A DNA stretch of 47,154 nt. Source: Chromera velia. Lineage: Eukaryota. Below, piece after piece: positions 28,261-44,142 of the stretch (position 1 is its first letter; each line of letters begins with the position of its first letter). The stretch is from assembly GCA_018398765.1 (NCBI GenBank), contig JAHBMJ010000441.1:1-47154 (forward strand), read 5' to 3'. Made by a program: the position numbers and the translations under genes. The notes beneath the pieces were generated by a model that saw only the letters and a list, made by a program, of their open reading frames with translations, ran no database searches and was not told the DNA's origin.

Positions 28261-29409
28261 TTTACGTGAGTGAGTGTGCGTGTGTGTGCGTGCGTCCAAT
28301 GAATGCAAAGCAAAGATCGCCGTCGACCCATGAGAGCAGAATCTGACCCTCTTTGGTTGGAAGGAGGCGCGCTTCACTGAATGGTCACTGATTGATTCAC
28401 TCCCTGTTTGGTTCCTCTCTGCGTGCTTCGTGGCCTGGTTGGCTGCTTGTCTCTCAGATTGACTGACTGACTGACTGACAGTATTTTGTCCAGACTCCGT
28501 TTGTGCTTGCAGAGACCAGCGACAGCACTTCCTGAGGAGTCACTGCCCTGTTGTAGATCACCAAGTCATGCACGAAACCGACAAAGCACCCCTCTTTGTT
28601 CACCCCTGCCACCATGTGTGTGGCCACCTGCTGACTGCCTTCCCCTTTCACTTGACAGCCCAGGTCCAGGACCGACTGCTGGTTGAACGCTGCACCCTCC
28701 AGGACCACGGGCTCCTCTGTTCCTTGGTAGAGTTTCAGCTGCCCTGCCTCCATCACAAAGGTCCAGTACTGCTTCACTGTGCCGGGCCCCCCTGCCTCAG
28801 CAGTTGATTCTCCTTGCTTCACACCGGCATTGCTGCATCACAGGCAAAAACAGAAGCACGTCAATAACAACAAACAATGAGGAAGAGGCGGCTCAGAGAG
28901 AGATAGCCAGAAATATGTCGTTACACTGAACTTTTCAGTTCCCAAAATATGCGTGCAATGCTTCCTCTCTTTTCATTCCCATGTCTAATTTTGGATTGTG
29001 CGTGAAACCTCCAGAGGCCTGTCTGCCAAGATGTGTAAGTCTCTGCGCTGCTTAAGCGGGCCATCAGAAACGGTTTTTCTGTCTAAGTGATGGTGACGTT
29101 TTCTGTCTAAGTGTTGGTGACGTTTTCTGTCTAAGTGATGGTGACGTTTTCTGTCTAAGTGTTGGTGACGGACTTCAATCCCACGAAGGCCGCCATGGAG
29201 TCTCCGTTCCGGGGTGCGAAGGAGAAAAGTGCAGGGACGTTCCCCTCCTCCTCGGGGGGGGCGTTGTTGCCGAAAATGCCCATCTTCGTTCGGGGAGTGA
29301 CGGACATGAACAACGTCCACTCGCCCTTCCCTGCCAGTTCCGATGCCCTCTGCCCTACCAGGTGAGCGGCGCCGTCAAAGAGAACGCCCTGCCCCCTGCA
29401 GGTACGCAC

Positions 29410-29448
<39 letters not shown>

Positions 29449-31333
29449 GAGAGTGAGAGAGAGAGAGAGGAACGGGAGGCAGACAAGCAGACAGACGGGC
29501 AGGAAGAAAGTCTTGAGAGGGACCGGTAAATGCAGCGCGACACAGCGTTCTGTAGAGGAAGGCAGAAGGGGATCAAATGGCCCCCGCTGAGCAGGCACGA
29601 AGGAAAGTAAACTGATGCGCGCGCAGATCAAAACAGACACCATGGGACTGGCCGCATCAATGCCTCCATGAGGACAGATGCTGAAAGAAAAACTCATTTG
29701 AAAGCCTGTCGTTAAGCGACGGGACCAAATAGCCCGACACACAAAAATTTCGAAAGGGCGTTTTATTGAGGCAAGGAGACGAGGCGACAGAAGAAAGATT
29801 GAGAGACGGAGAGAAAAAAAGGACGGACGGGAAGAATTCGGGTGCCTCAGCAGGATAGTTGTTGGCCAGAGTGCCGAATCCATCGGGACATGCCGAGCTG
29901 CACAGAGAGGCAGGCAGGCAGGCAGGTTGTGTCATTTCTTTTTGCAAGATAGAAGAAAACACAGAACCGATTCTGCGGGAGGAGAGTCTCGAAACGACGC
30001 GCAATACAAAGCCACAATCAGCTCTCTTCTCTTGTGCATGCATGCAGCTAAGAAGAAGACAGAGAAGCAGTACGAGATATGTGCAGGTCGCTAGGTGGGC
30101 AGGAAGATACTCGCTCCAATGTTTGCAACCTTTCACCTGGCAAGCTATGAACGTTTACAAAAGTCCATCTCGAAGAGGCCTTAAAATGGGACTTTCTCAA
30201 AAAATCATTTTTTGAAACAGTGCAGCACAGAACACTCTCCTGCTTCTTTTAACTCAAACTCGTACGAACATACACCGACAGAACGCAGACAGACAGACAG
30301 ACAGACAGACTACATGTTTCTTCTTCAGACAGACAGACAGACAGACAGACAGAGAGACAGAGAGACAGACAGAGAGACAGACAGGCAGATCACATGCACA
30401 GCCTGACTGACTGACTGACCCTCTCTTGTCTGCCCATGCCTGGACAACCTTCCCGTCGTGTCTGCCCTCGAAGGCCAGAGAGGTCGTCAGAAGGGACTCC
30501 TCGGATGTGTACAAACCGACCAGCTCGTCGCATGGAATGACAAACTTGAGCTCACAGTACTTTCCAGACCAACAGAAACCCTTGTCGGGATCCGGATTGG
30601 GAACCTCCAGAATCTCCTGGCCAGATCCTTCTGCCTCAGTTCCTTCCCCTTCTGTTGTTGTTGTTGTGGTCTCTTCGGTCGTCTCCTCACTGCCCTCTTC
30701 TGGCTCCGCTGACGAAGAGACCGCCCCAGTGGCGTCTACTGCCACTGCAACCTTCTCTCTCTCCTTCTCTTCCAACATTGATTGGGCGGGGGCGGGAGGG
30801 GCGGTCTCCGTTTCCTTCTCTGAGGACGCGCTTGCCTCGTGTGTTCCTGATGAAGTCCCCACAGGACCGTCTGCACACCCGAAGAGAAGAAGAAAAGACG
30901 AAGGAGGTGAGGGAAAGAAGAAAGAAAAGTCGTTTTGCTCACGACGGGGCGGCATTCAGTATGAAAACGCATGATCGAATCAAACGGGGACCGTTGAGAT
31001 AAGGCGGCCATACCGAGAGAAGAAAAGACACCCTTGTTTCCTTCCTGCAGCTGGGTGCACAAAAGTGAGAGAGCGGTAAGCGACCCCAGAGCGTTTCTTT
31101 GTCTCTTGGTCTCACTCGAGTCAGATTGCACAGCTCGAAGACTTTCTCCCTCTCTCTGGGCATGGACGGATGCTTGGATTGACGCACGCAATCCCTCGAT
31201 ATCCATCACTTCCCTGCAAACTTCCAATTGCCCATCTGCTCTGTCGAGTGCCCATCTACACAAATAGAAGTGAGGTCCCACCTGTCAGGCGCATGCATGT
31301 GTCAACTTTCTCTCTCTCTCCCTCTCCCTCTCC

Positions 31334-31368
<35 letters not shown>

Positions 31369-31949
31369 TGTGTGTCTGTCGGTCTGACGGACCTTCTGCA
31401 TTTTTCCTCTCGAGGAATTCCCTCTCTCTCTGCTGCGCCTCGGGGGACGAAGAAGAGGGCTGAGAAGCCGAGGAAGCGGTTCTCGAAGGAGCGGGGGTGG
31501 ACGCGGCCTCCGGAACGTCCGGTGTGCTTGCGCCTCCTCCTACAGCGCTCTGCTGCTGTGTCTGCTGCTGGCCTTTGGCTGTCTTACTTCCGATGGACTC
31601 TGCCTCTTCAAGGAAGGACGCAGACGGAACGCCCACGATCTCTTCCCTCTTGTCCCCTCCTTCAGTCTTAGTTCCCCACCCAAAAGCATTCTTAAAAGTG
31701 TCAAACTGCACACAAACATCAAGAAATGCAGACCGGTACACAGACAAAGTGCGACTGGACGGAAAAAGGAAAAGCGGAAGGTGATAAGTGCTGGACAAAG
31801 CGATCGGACGCGCGGTTAGGGAGAGAAATCGAGGGAAGAGAGAGGAGAAGAAAGATTCGACTGACGAGTCTGCCGTCTGTGTGGACTGCCAGCAAACAAA
31901 GTAACAAAAGGGAGAGGGAGCAACAAATTGCCCCTCTGCTTGGTAGCAT
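5347..31949 (-). CDS. Giant secreted multidomain adhesin-like protein (~3900 aa, ~44 exons): signal peptide, LamG/ConA-like domains, sushi/CCP repeats, Cys-rich modules, internal tandem repeats with coiled-coil inserts
   Basis: Hand-built exon chain; all introns GT..AG with matching phases. Exons in transcript order: 31866-31949, 31393-31705, 30420-30870, 29829-29897, 29174-29395, 28480-28832, 27911-28039, 27169-27424, 26892-26941, 26406-26690, 25779-25988, 25266-25607, 24558-24785, 23847-24135, 23291-23528, 22550-22996, 22046-22241, 21658-21696 (optional micro-exon), 21090-21302, 20068-20704, 19550-19670, 19089-19179, 18351-18769, 18121-18157, 17337-17803, 16907-17085, 16530-16731, 15926-16129, 15558-15737, 15016-15171, 14237-14569, 13318-13559, 12733-13108, 12277-12492, 11519-11788, 11000-11242, 10505-10711, 9320-10186, 8549-8937, 7839-8125, 7341-7590, 6882-7039, 6109-6436, 5347-5767. 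Summed length 11694 nt (about 3897 aa). N-terminus MLPSRGAICCSLSLLLLCLLAVHTDG is signal-peptide-like. C-terminus is acidic (EEGGEEEEQTS*) with no TM or GPI-like tail. Confidence 0.88.
6410..6592. repeat. 44-bp exact direct duplication spanning a splice acceptor
   Basis: TCCATGTCGCGATGAACCAGACCAGACCTGCAACCAACCAACCA at 6410-6453 and 6549-6592. Confidence 0.92.
9119..9310. repeat. Intronic compound (TCTTG)/(TCTTC) repeat with ~30-bp higher period
   Basis: TCTTCTCTTGTCTTGTCTTGTCCTGTCGTC-like unit repeated several times. Confidence 0.85.
10841..10948. repeat. Intronic (AGTG)n microsatellite
   Basis: Directly visible imperfect tetranucleotide repeat. Confidence 0.9.
19971..20044. other. Assembly gap inside an intron, flanked by poly-C
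   Basis: Run of N. Confidence 0.99.
23847..28039 (-). other. Block of seven tandem sushi/CCP domains within the large gene
   Basis: Repeated C..P..NG / F.C..GY / C...G.W(F)....C pattern, e.g. CGAMTKPENG..FHCNTGY..TCLPWGHW..PAC; FRCPHGYHLNGHKQVICLEKGKYNGETAIC; CPVPEIGNG..VECDKGYAPIGVHVMTC. Mostly phase-1 introns between modules, typical of sushi exons. Confidence 0.85.
28480..30530 (-). other. First LamG/concanavalin-A-like (pentraxin-type) module within the large gene
   Basis: LVGLY..VQAWADKRG..GVLFDGAAHL..WTLFMSV..LKLYQG..LDLG..FVGFVHDLVIYNRAVTPQEVLSL. The terminal F.G.V.DLVIYNRA.T..EV motif is characteristic of LamG-like domains. Similar domain ends occur near 22100 (FAGKLRLLAIWNSKL), 18400 (FRGHVGAVMTLKKEL) and 6400 (FK..WFIATWNRQL). 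Confidence 0.75.
29075..29170. repeat. Intronic 24-bp minisatellite, 4 copies
   Basis: TTTTCTGTCTAAGTG(A/T)TGGTGACG x4, with A and T alternating. Confidence 0.95.
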
Positions 31950-32470
31950 CTTCGCTTCCCTGCTCTACAGTGTTCCTCTGCCGAGACTCAAGGTCGGTTC
32001 TGTTTTCTCTTGGCTTTCTGCTCTTCACCCGCACTGCAAGGATGGATCAATCCAATCGTATTGGCAGCTGAGCAGTCCTTCCAAGCAGCTGGGTGATGGG
32101 CTGTCGATCTGTATCGAAAGTAATCAAGGAGTGTGAGAGGTTGGTGATTCTTTCTTTCGACTCCCGCGGCAAAGCGACTTCCCAGAAAGGTTATGTACGT
32201 ACTCACGAATAGGTTCTCTTTCTCCTGCCAATGCATGTAGAGAACGAAGTTCTTTGCCAAAACAGACAAACACATGGGGTCACAGACAGCCATCCCTTCT
32301 ATACAAATGTATATGCGCGTATATGCGCGAATATACTATATACGAGAGATCGAATTTCAATATCATATATACATGCAGCCACGCGCGTGCTCCTGAAAAT
32401 TATATGTCGACCGATACGTATACGCGCTGTGTATATACTGCATGCATGCATGTTATATATATTATAGCAA

Positions 32471-33473
32471 ATTTCATCACACTTTGCCCATTTTGTGGTG
32501 GTCCGCGCAAGCGAAAAATTGAGCACAGGCAATTGCGGGGCCACGAGCTTGACCGAGCTTGACTTGTTTCATCACATGCATGCAAATTAAACTGCATGCA
32601 TGCAATAATCAGATATACACAACTCTCCTAATCAGTGAGTTCAAAGGAATGAGTCTTCGTTCAGATGTCAAGTGGTGATTCTGCACGTTGCAAAGGCTCC
32701 ATAAGTATAAAACAGATCCTAGTGCATATAACAGAACCAAATTCCGTCAAAGTTTTTTTTGAAATAAAGAACGATGAAGATAGACAGTAGGCAGGGCTGG
32801 TTTCATGGCTGGGCAAGTTGGCGAATGTCTTCTTTCCAATATTACAGCCCTGTCCGTGACTTTGCTTATCCTGCCCTCTTGTTGAAAGAAGGGAAACGTA
32901 GAAGTAGAACAGAAGTTCTTGAAGCAATAGTTTCTGTTCCAATTCAACAGCTTGTCAGTTGGTCGCTTGAAGAGCTTGTTTGTCAGCAGCCCGTCTCTTC
33001 CTTTTCTCTTCCTTCTCCTTCTGAAGTTCCCACGCACCAAGACAAGAGGAGTCTTAGTTGTGAGCTGCGGGGGCACATCATCATGGGGAAAAAGCCTGCT
33101 GCTTCCCTCTTGCCCTTTTGCGAGCAGTGTGGACGTGTTTGGGCTTTTTTTTGGGAGGAACGGACGCAACGAAAGGGCCTGAAAAAGTTCAAAAGTGGAT
33201 ACTGGAGATCGAACCTGGAGGTTGATCACTTGGTCGATGTACTGGATAGCAACCACCCCCACCGACTATGCAAATTGGACCTAGTCTCTATTCCCCAGCC
33301 ACAGTGGCAGAGCCGATTCGACGCTATGTGCAAAGAAGCTGCAGTGTGCCGCCTAGTATGCGTGCTCTGCCATAAACGCCCGGGCCGCACAGCCTATGAA
33401 TGGTCAGCCGGAAGTACCCCCCCAAGGCTAGTTTTTGTATAGAAAATTCAAAGTGGGCAAAGTGTGATGAAAT
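32471..33473. mobile_element. Putative ~1.0 kb inverted-repeat-bounded element carrying the HNH ORF
   Basis: ATTTCATCACACTTTGCCCATTTTG (32471-32495) is the reverse complement of CAAAGTGGGCAAAGTGTGATGAAAT (33449-33473) with 1 mismatch in 25. ORF stop lies 6 bp before the right repeat. No clear target-site duplication seen. Confidence 0.55.
32774..33442 (+). CDS. Intronless HNH-endonuclease-like zinc-binding protein (222 aa)
   Basis: ORF contains FCEQCG ... NLEVDH ... KEAAVCRLVCVLCHKR, matching the CxxC ... LExDH ... ExxxCxLxCxxCH layout of small phage-type HNH (beta-beta-alpha-Me) nucleases. No microsatellite or intron inside, unlike the host genes. Recognised by motif only. Confidence 0.65.
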   Translation: MKIDSRQGWFHGWASWRMSSFQYYSPVRDFAYPALLLKEGKRRSRTEVLEAIVSVPIQQLVSWSLEELVCQQPVSSFSLPSPSEVPTHQDKRSLSCELRGHIIMGKKPAASLLPFCEQCGRVWAFFWEERTQRKGLKKFKSGYWRSNLEVDHLVDVLDSNHPHRLCKLDLVSIPQPQWQSRFDAMCKEAAVCRLVCVLCHKRPGRTAYEWSAGSTPPRLVFV

Positions 33474-34125
33474 ATACGGTATAATCTTCTTATCGCCTCT
33501 CCGGGTTAATACATGCATGCATGCATGCATGTATATATGCGCGCGGCTGGAAGTGAAGAAGAAATCCCCCCCCGGGGCCCCCGCGGGCCGCGGGGAGCGC
33601 GCGCGGGCAATAACAAACCTGTTTCTTCTTCACTTCCGAACGCGCGCAAAGCGCGCGAACTCACTTGTGAGGCAATTAAAAAAAACTATTTAAAAAAACA
33701 TGCATGCACGCACGAATTATTCGATCGAGATATATATATATATATGAATTAAAACCATCGATCGATCCATGCATGAATGAAAGAAACCCTCACCGTTTTT
33801 GCATTGGCAGCCAACATCTTTCTCTCTTTCTGCAGGGCAGAGAGGAACAGAAAAAAAGTACCCCACTCCCAACTTCTTGATGCAGCACTTGTTCCTTTTA
33901 TATACTTCCGAATGATTCTTCGGCTGTCTCGGCAGAATTGAGTTTCAATCTCTCAAACATCTTCCATTTTTGACTGAATGGACATCCGCGCACTCAGTCG
34001 AGCTTTAGTATCTAACTGTTGGGTGTACAAGCAACTACATTTTTCTAAATTTGATGGCCCTTTTTTCAACTCACGCACGTCGGTAGAACAAAGGAACAGA
34101 GACAACCAAACGGAAGTAAGTCGGG

Positions 34126-40554
<6,429 letters not shown>

Positions 40555-40817
40555 AGAGTGAGGGGGGGCCTGATCGAGGGCTTTGAGTGGGTAGAGGGGA
40601 TCTGTAGTCGTTTGTTTTTTGTGGAGGATCGATCGGTTGTGATTCACCGGAGGGAGGGAGGTTCAAGTTTGACTGCATGGCGGGTGTCAGCCTGAGGGAT
40701 GGGGGTCAAGTTTGAGGTACGCTGATTAGACGGCGTGCCTGAATTGGTGCGAGTAGAAAGAGCGTCCTGGGCACGCTTATGTGTCTGTATGCGTTTTTAA
40801 ATTCACAGGGACAGCGA

Positions 40818-40943
40818 NNNNNNNNNNNNNNNNNNNNNNNNNNNNNNNNNNNNNNNNNNNNNNNNNNNNNNNNNNNNNNNNNNNNNNNNNNNNNNNNNNN
40901 NNNNNNNNNNNNNNNNNNNNNNNNNNNNNNNNNNNNNNNNNNN
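40818..40943. other. Assembly gap followed by poly-G
   Basis: Run of N. Confidence 0.99.
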
Positions 40944-41643
40944 GGGGGGGGGGGGGGGGCACGTACAGATGGAGGCAACTCGTTGTGCAGGTCTGCATGT
41001 CTTCGAGTGGGTCTGAGAGTCTCTCTCAGTTTGCAGCTTTCTGCAAGTTTCTGCTGATTGCAGTCATGAAGGAAAGCATATGAAAGAAAGGAAAACGAGC
41101 ATATAATTATAAGTGATTAACATGTGGCCCGTCTTCTTTCAAAAGGGGCCCTTTAGACCTGGCTATCAAAATTTAACTCTTTACATCTAGGTTCATCATG
41201 ATCATCATCATACGCCATCGCGGCAGTGGCATCGCCATTGGCCTGTTTCTAGGCGTCTAGCGTTTAATTGGCGGCAATAATAATGAGGCAGTTTGGTTTT
41301 TACAACAGTATTCTTGTTGTTGAGTTGTGCGGTTGTCTAGGACGATTTGATTATTTACATTACTCAGGTCCTAGGATGCATGCTTTTAGACTCCCCAACC
41401 TCAAATGCAGCGAGCTTCAAAGTTGCCTTACGCATGAGTGACTTTGACTCACGTGCCACTAGCTATTGTTAAAGCCTTGCATCTCTAGCCGTTCTCTCTC
41501 TGCTCACTGTGTCTATCTCTCAATTCACTCAAAGATGAGACACATCGATCCTTTAAAGTGAGTAAGTTCCTCAGAGAAGGCTGTAGAGAGAGATGAGTAG
41601 ATAGAGAACCAACCCCCTAGTTCAACACATCGATTAGGCTGTT

Positions 41644-44095
41644 GATAAAGTTGAACACTGACTTGTCAGCCACCAGTCAGCCCATAGGCATCCAAGGTAC
41701 GTATACTGCTTTGCGGGCCATCACGTTAAAAAAAAAATTACTCACTCATATAACGGTTGTCAACTTGTCATTATTTTCTTTTTTTTCTTCTTATGATTTT
41801 GTCATCTAAATAAAATTGAAAACAGCCACCGGTCAGCCCGTACGCATCCAAAGTACGTACTGCTTTGTAGGCCATTACGTTTCAAAAAAAATTACCCACT
41901 CACATGACCCAGACGGTTATCATTGTTTTCTTTTTTTTTTTCCTTTTGATTTTGCTATCTAGATGAAGTTGAACACAGCCACCGGTCAGCCCATACGCAT
42001 CCAAGGTACGTACTGCTTTATGGGCTATTACGTTTCAAAAACAATTACCCACTCACATGATGGTTATCATTATTTTCTTTTTTTTTAATTCTCTTATGAT
42101 TTTGCCAGCTAGATAAAATGATAAACACAGCCACCGGTCAGCCCATAGGCATCCAAAGTACGTACTGTTTTGTGGGCTATTACATTAAAAAAAAACTTAT
42201 CCACTTACATGACAGTTATCATTATTTTCTTTTTTTTTTCCTTATGATTTTGCCAGCTAGATAAAGTTGAAAACAGCCACCGGTCAGCCCGTAGGCATCC
42301 AAGGTACGTACTGCTTTGTGGGCCATTACGTTTAAAAAAAAATTATCCACTCACATGACCCGGACGGTTGTCAACTTGTCATTATATTTTCTTTTTTTTC
42401 TTCTTATGATTTTACCAGCTAGATGAAATTGAACACAGCCACCCGTCAGCCCGTAGGCATCCAAAGTACGTACTGCTTTATAGGCTATTACGTTTCAAAA
42501 AAAAATGCCCACTCACATGATGGTTGTCATTATTTTCTCTTTTTTTTCTCCTTATAATTTTGTTAGCTAGATGAAATGATAAACACAGCCACCGGTCAGC
42601 CCGTAGGCATCCAAAGTACGTACTACTTTGTGGGCCATTACATTAAAAAAAAAATTACCCACTCATAGGATGGTTGTCATTATACTTTCTTTTCTTTCTC
42701 CTTATAATTTTGCTAGCTAGATGAAATGATGAACACAGCCACCGGTCAGCCCGTAGGCATCCAAGGTACGTACTGCTTTGTGGGCCATTACGTTAAAAAA
42801 AAAATTACTCACTCATATAACGGTTGTCAACTTGTCATTATTTTCTTTTTTTTCTCCTTATGATTTTGTCATCTAGATAAAATTGAAAACAGCCACCGGT
42901 CAGCCCGTACGCATCCAAAGTACGTACTGCTTTGTAGGCCATTACGTTTCAAAAAAAATTACCCACTCACATGACCCAGACGGTTATCATTGTTTTCTTT
43001 TTTTTTTCCCTTTTGATTTTGCTATCTAGATGAAGTTGAACACAGCCACCGGTCAGCCCATACGCATCTAAGGTACATACTGCTTTATGGGCTATTACGT
43101 TTCAAAAACAATTACCCACTCACATGACGGTTATCATTATTTTCTTTTTTTTAAATTCTCTTATGATTTTGCCAGCTAGATGAAATGATAAACACAGCCA
43201 CCGGTCAGCCCGTAGGCATCCAAAGTACGTACTGTTTTGTGGGCTATTACATTAAAAAAAAAATTACCCACTTACATGACAGTTATCATTATTTTCTTTT
43301 TTTTTTCCTTATGATTTTGCCAGCTAGATAAAGTTGAAAACAGCCACCGGTCAGCCCGTAGGCATCCAAGGTACGTACTGCTTTGTGGGCCATTACGTTT
43401 AAAAAAAAATTATCCACTCACATGACCAAGACGGTTGTCAACTTGTCATTATATTTTCTTTTTTTTCTTCTTATGATTTTACCAGCTAGATGAAATTGAA
43501 CACAGCCACCCGTCAGCCCGTAGGCATCCAAAGTACGTACTGCTTTATAGGCTATTACGTTTAAAAAAAAAATGCCCACTCACATGATGGTTATCATTAT
43601 TTTCTCTTTGTTTTCTCCTTATAATTTTGCTAGCTAGATGAAATTGAACACAGCCACCGGTCAGCCCGTAGGCATCCAAAGTACGTACTACTTTGTGGGC
43701 CATTACATTAAAAAAAAAATTACCCACTCATATGATGGTTGTCATTATACTTTCTTTTCTTTCTCCTTATGATTTTGCTAGCTAGATGAAATGATGAACA
43801 TAGCCACCGGTCAGCCCATAGGCATCCAAGGTACGTAGTATTTTGTGGGCCATTACATTAAAAAAAAATTACCCACTTACATGACGGTTATCATTATTTT
43901 CTTTTTTTTCTCCTTATGATTTTGCCTAGGATTTTGCCATCTAGATGAAGTTAAATACAGCCACCGGTCAGCTTGTAGGCATCCAAGGTACGTACTGCTT
44001 TGTAGGCCATTACGTTTAAAAAAAAATCACCTACTCATATGATGGTTATCATTATATTTTCTTTTTTTCCCTTTCTGATCTTGCCAGCTAGATAA
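41644..44095. repeat. Tandem array of 16 ~152-bp monomers with 7-monomer (~1.07 kb) higher-order repeat
   Basis: Core CAGCCACCGGTCAGCCCGTAGGCATCCAAGGTACGTACTGCTTTGTGGGCCATTACG recurs at roughly 145-162 bp spacing 16 times, each followed by an A-tract and a T-tract. Diagnostic variants recur seven monomers apart. Confidence 0.95.
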
Positions 44096-44142
44096 TTTTG
44101 TTTTTATTTTTTTTTTTAAAGGATTAAATGATGATGATGATG

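Larger units (their letters stand above)
31950..34125. promoter_or_regulatory. Divergent intergenic region between the two start codons, with clustered TGCATGCA motifs
   Basis: Head-to-head gene arrangement. TGCATGCA(TGCA) clusters near 32439-32452, 32576-32603, 33514-33530, 33700 and 33770. TGCATGCA is a known ApiAP2-bound motif in apicomplexans, but it also occurs in introns here, so function is not shown. Confidence 0.4.

Noticed and set aside
41644..44095. CRISPR-like repeat/spacer array or protein-coding repeated exons
   Set aside because: Whole monomers are homologous with no unique spacers and no cas genes. The putative exon lengths (about 43-49 nt) vary and do not keep frame.
41644..44095. 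Hammerhead ribozyme monomers (retrozyme-like)
   Set aside because: No CUGANGA plus GAAA core in the required arrangement was found by eye on either strand.
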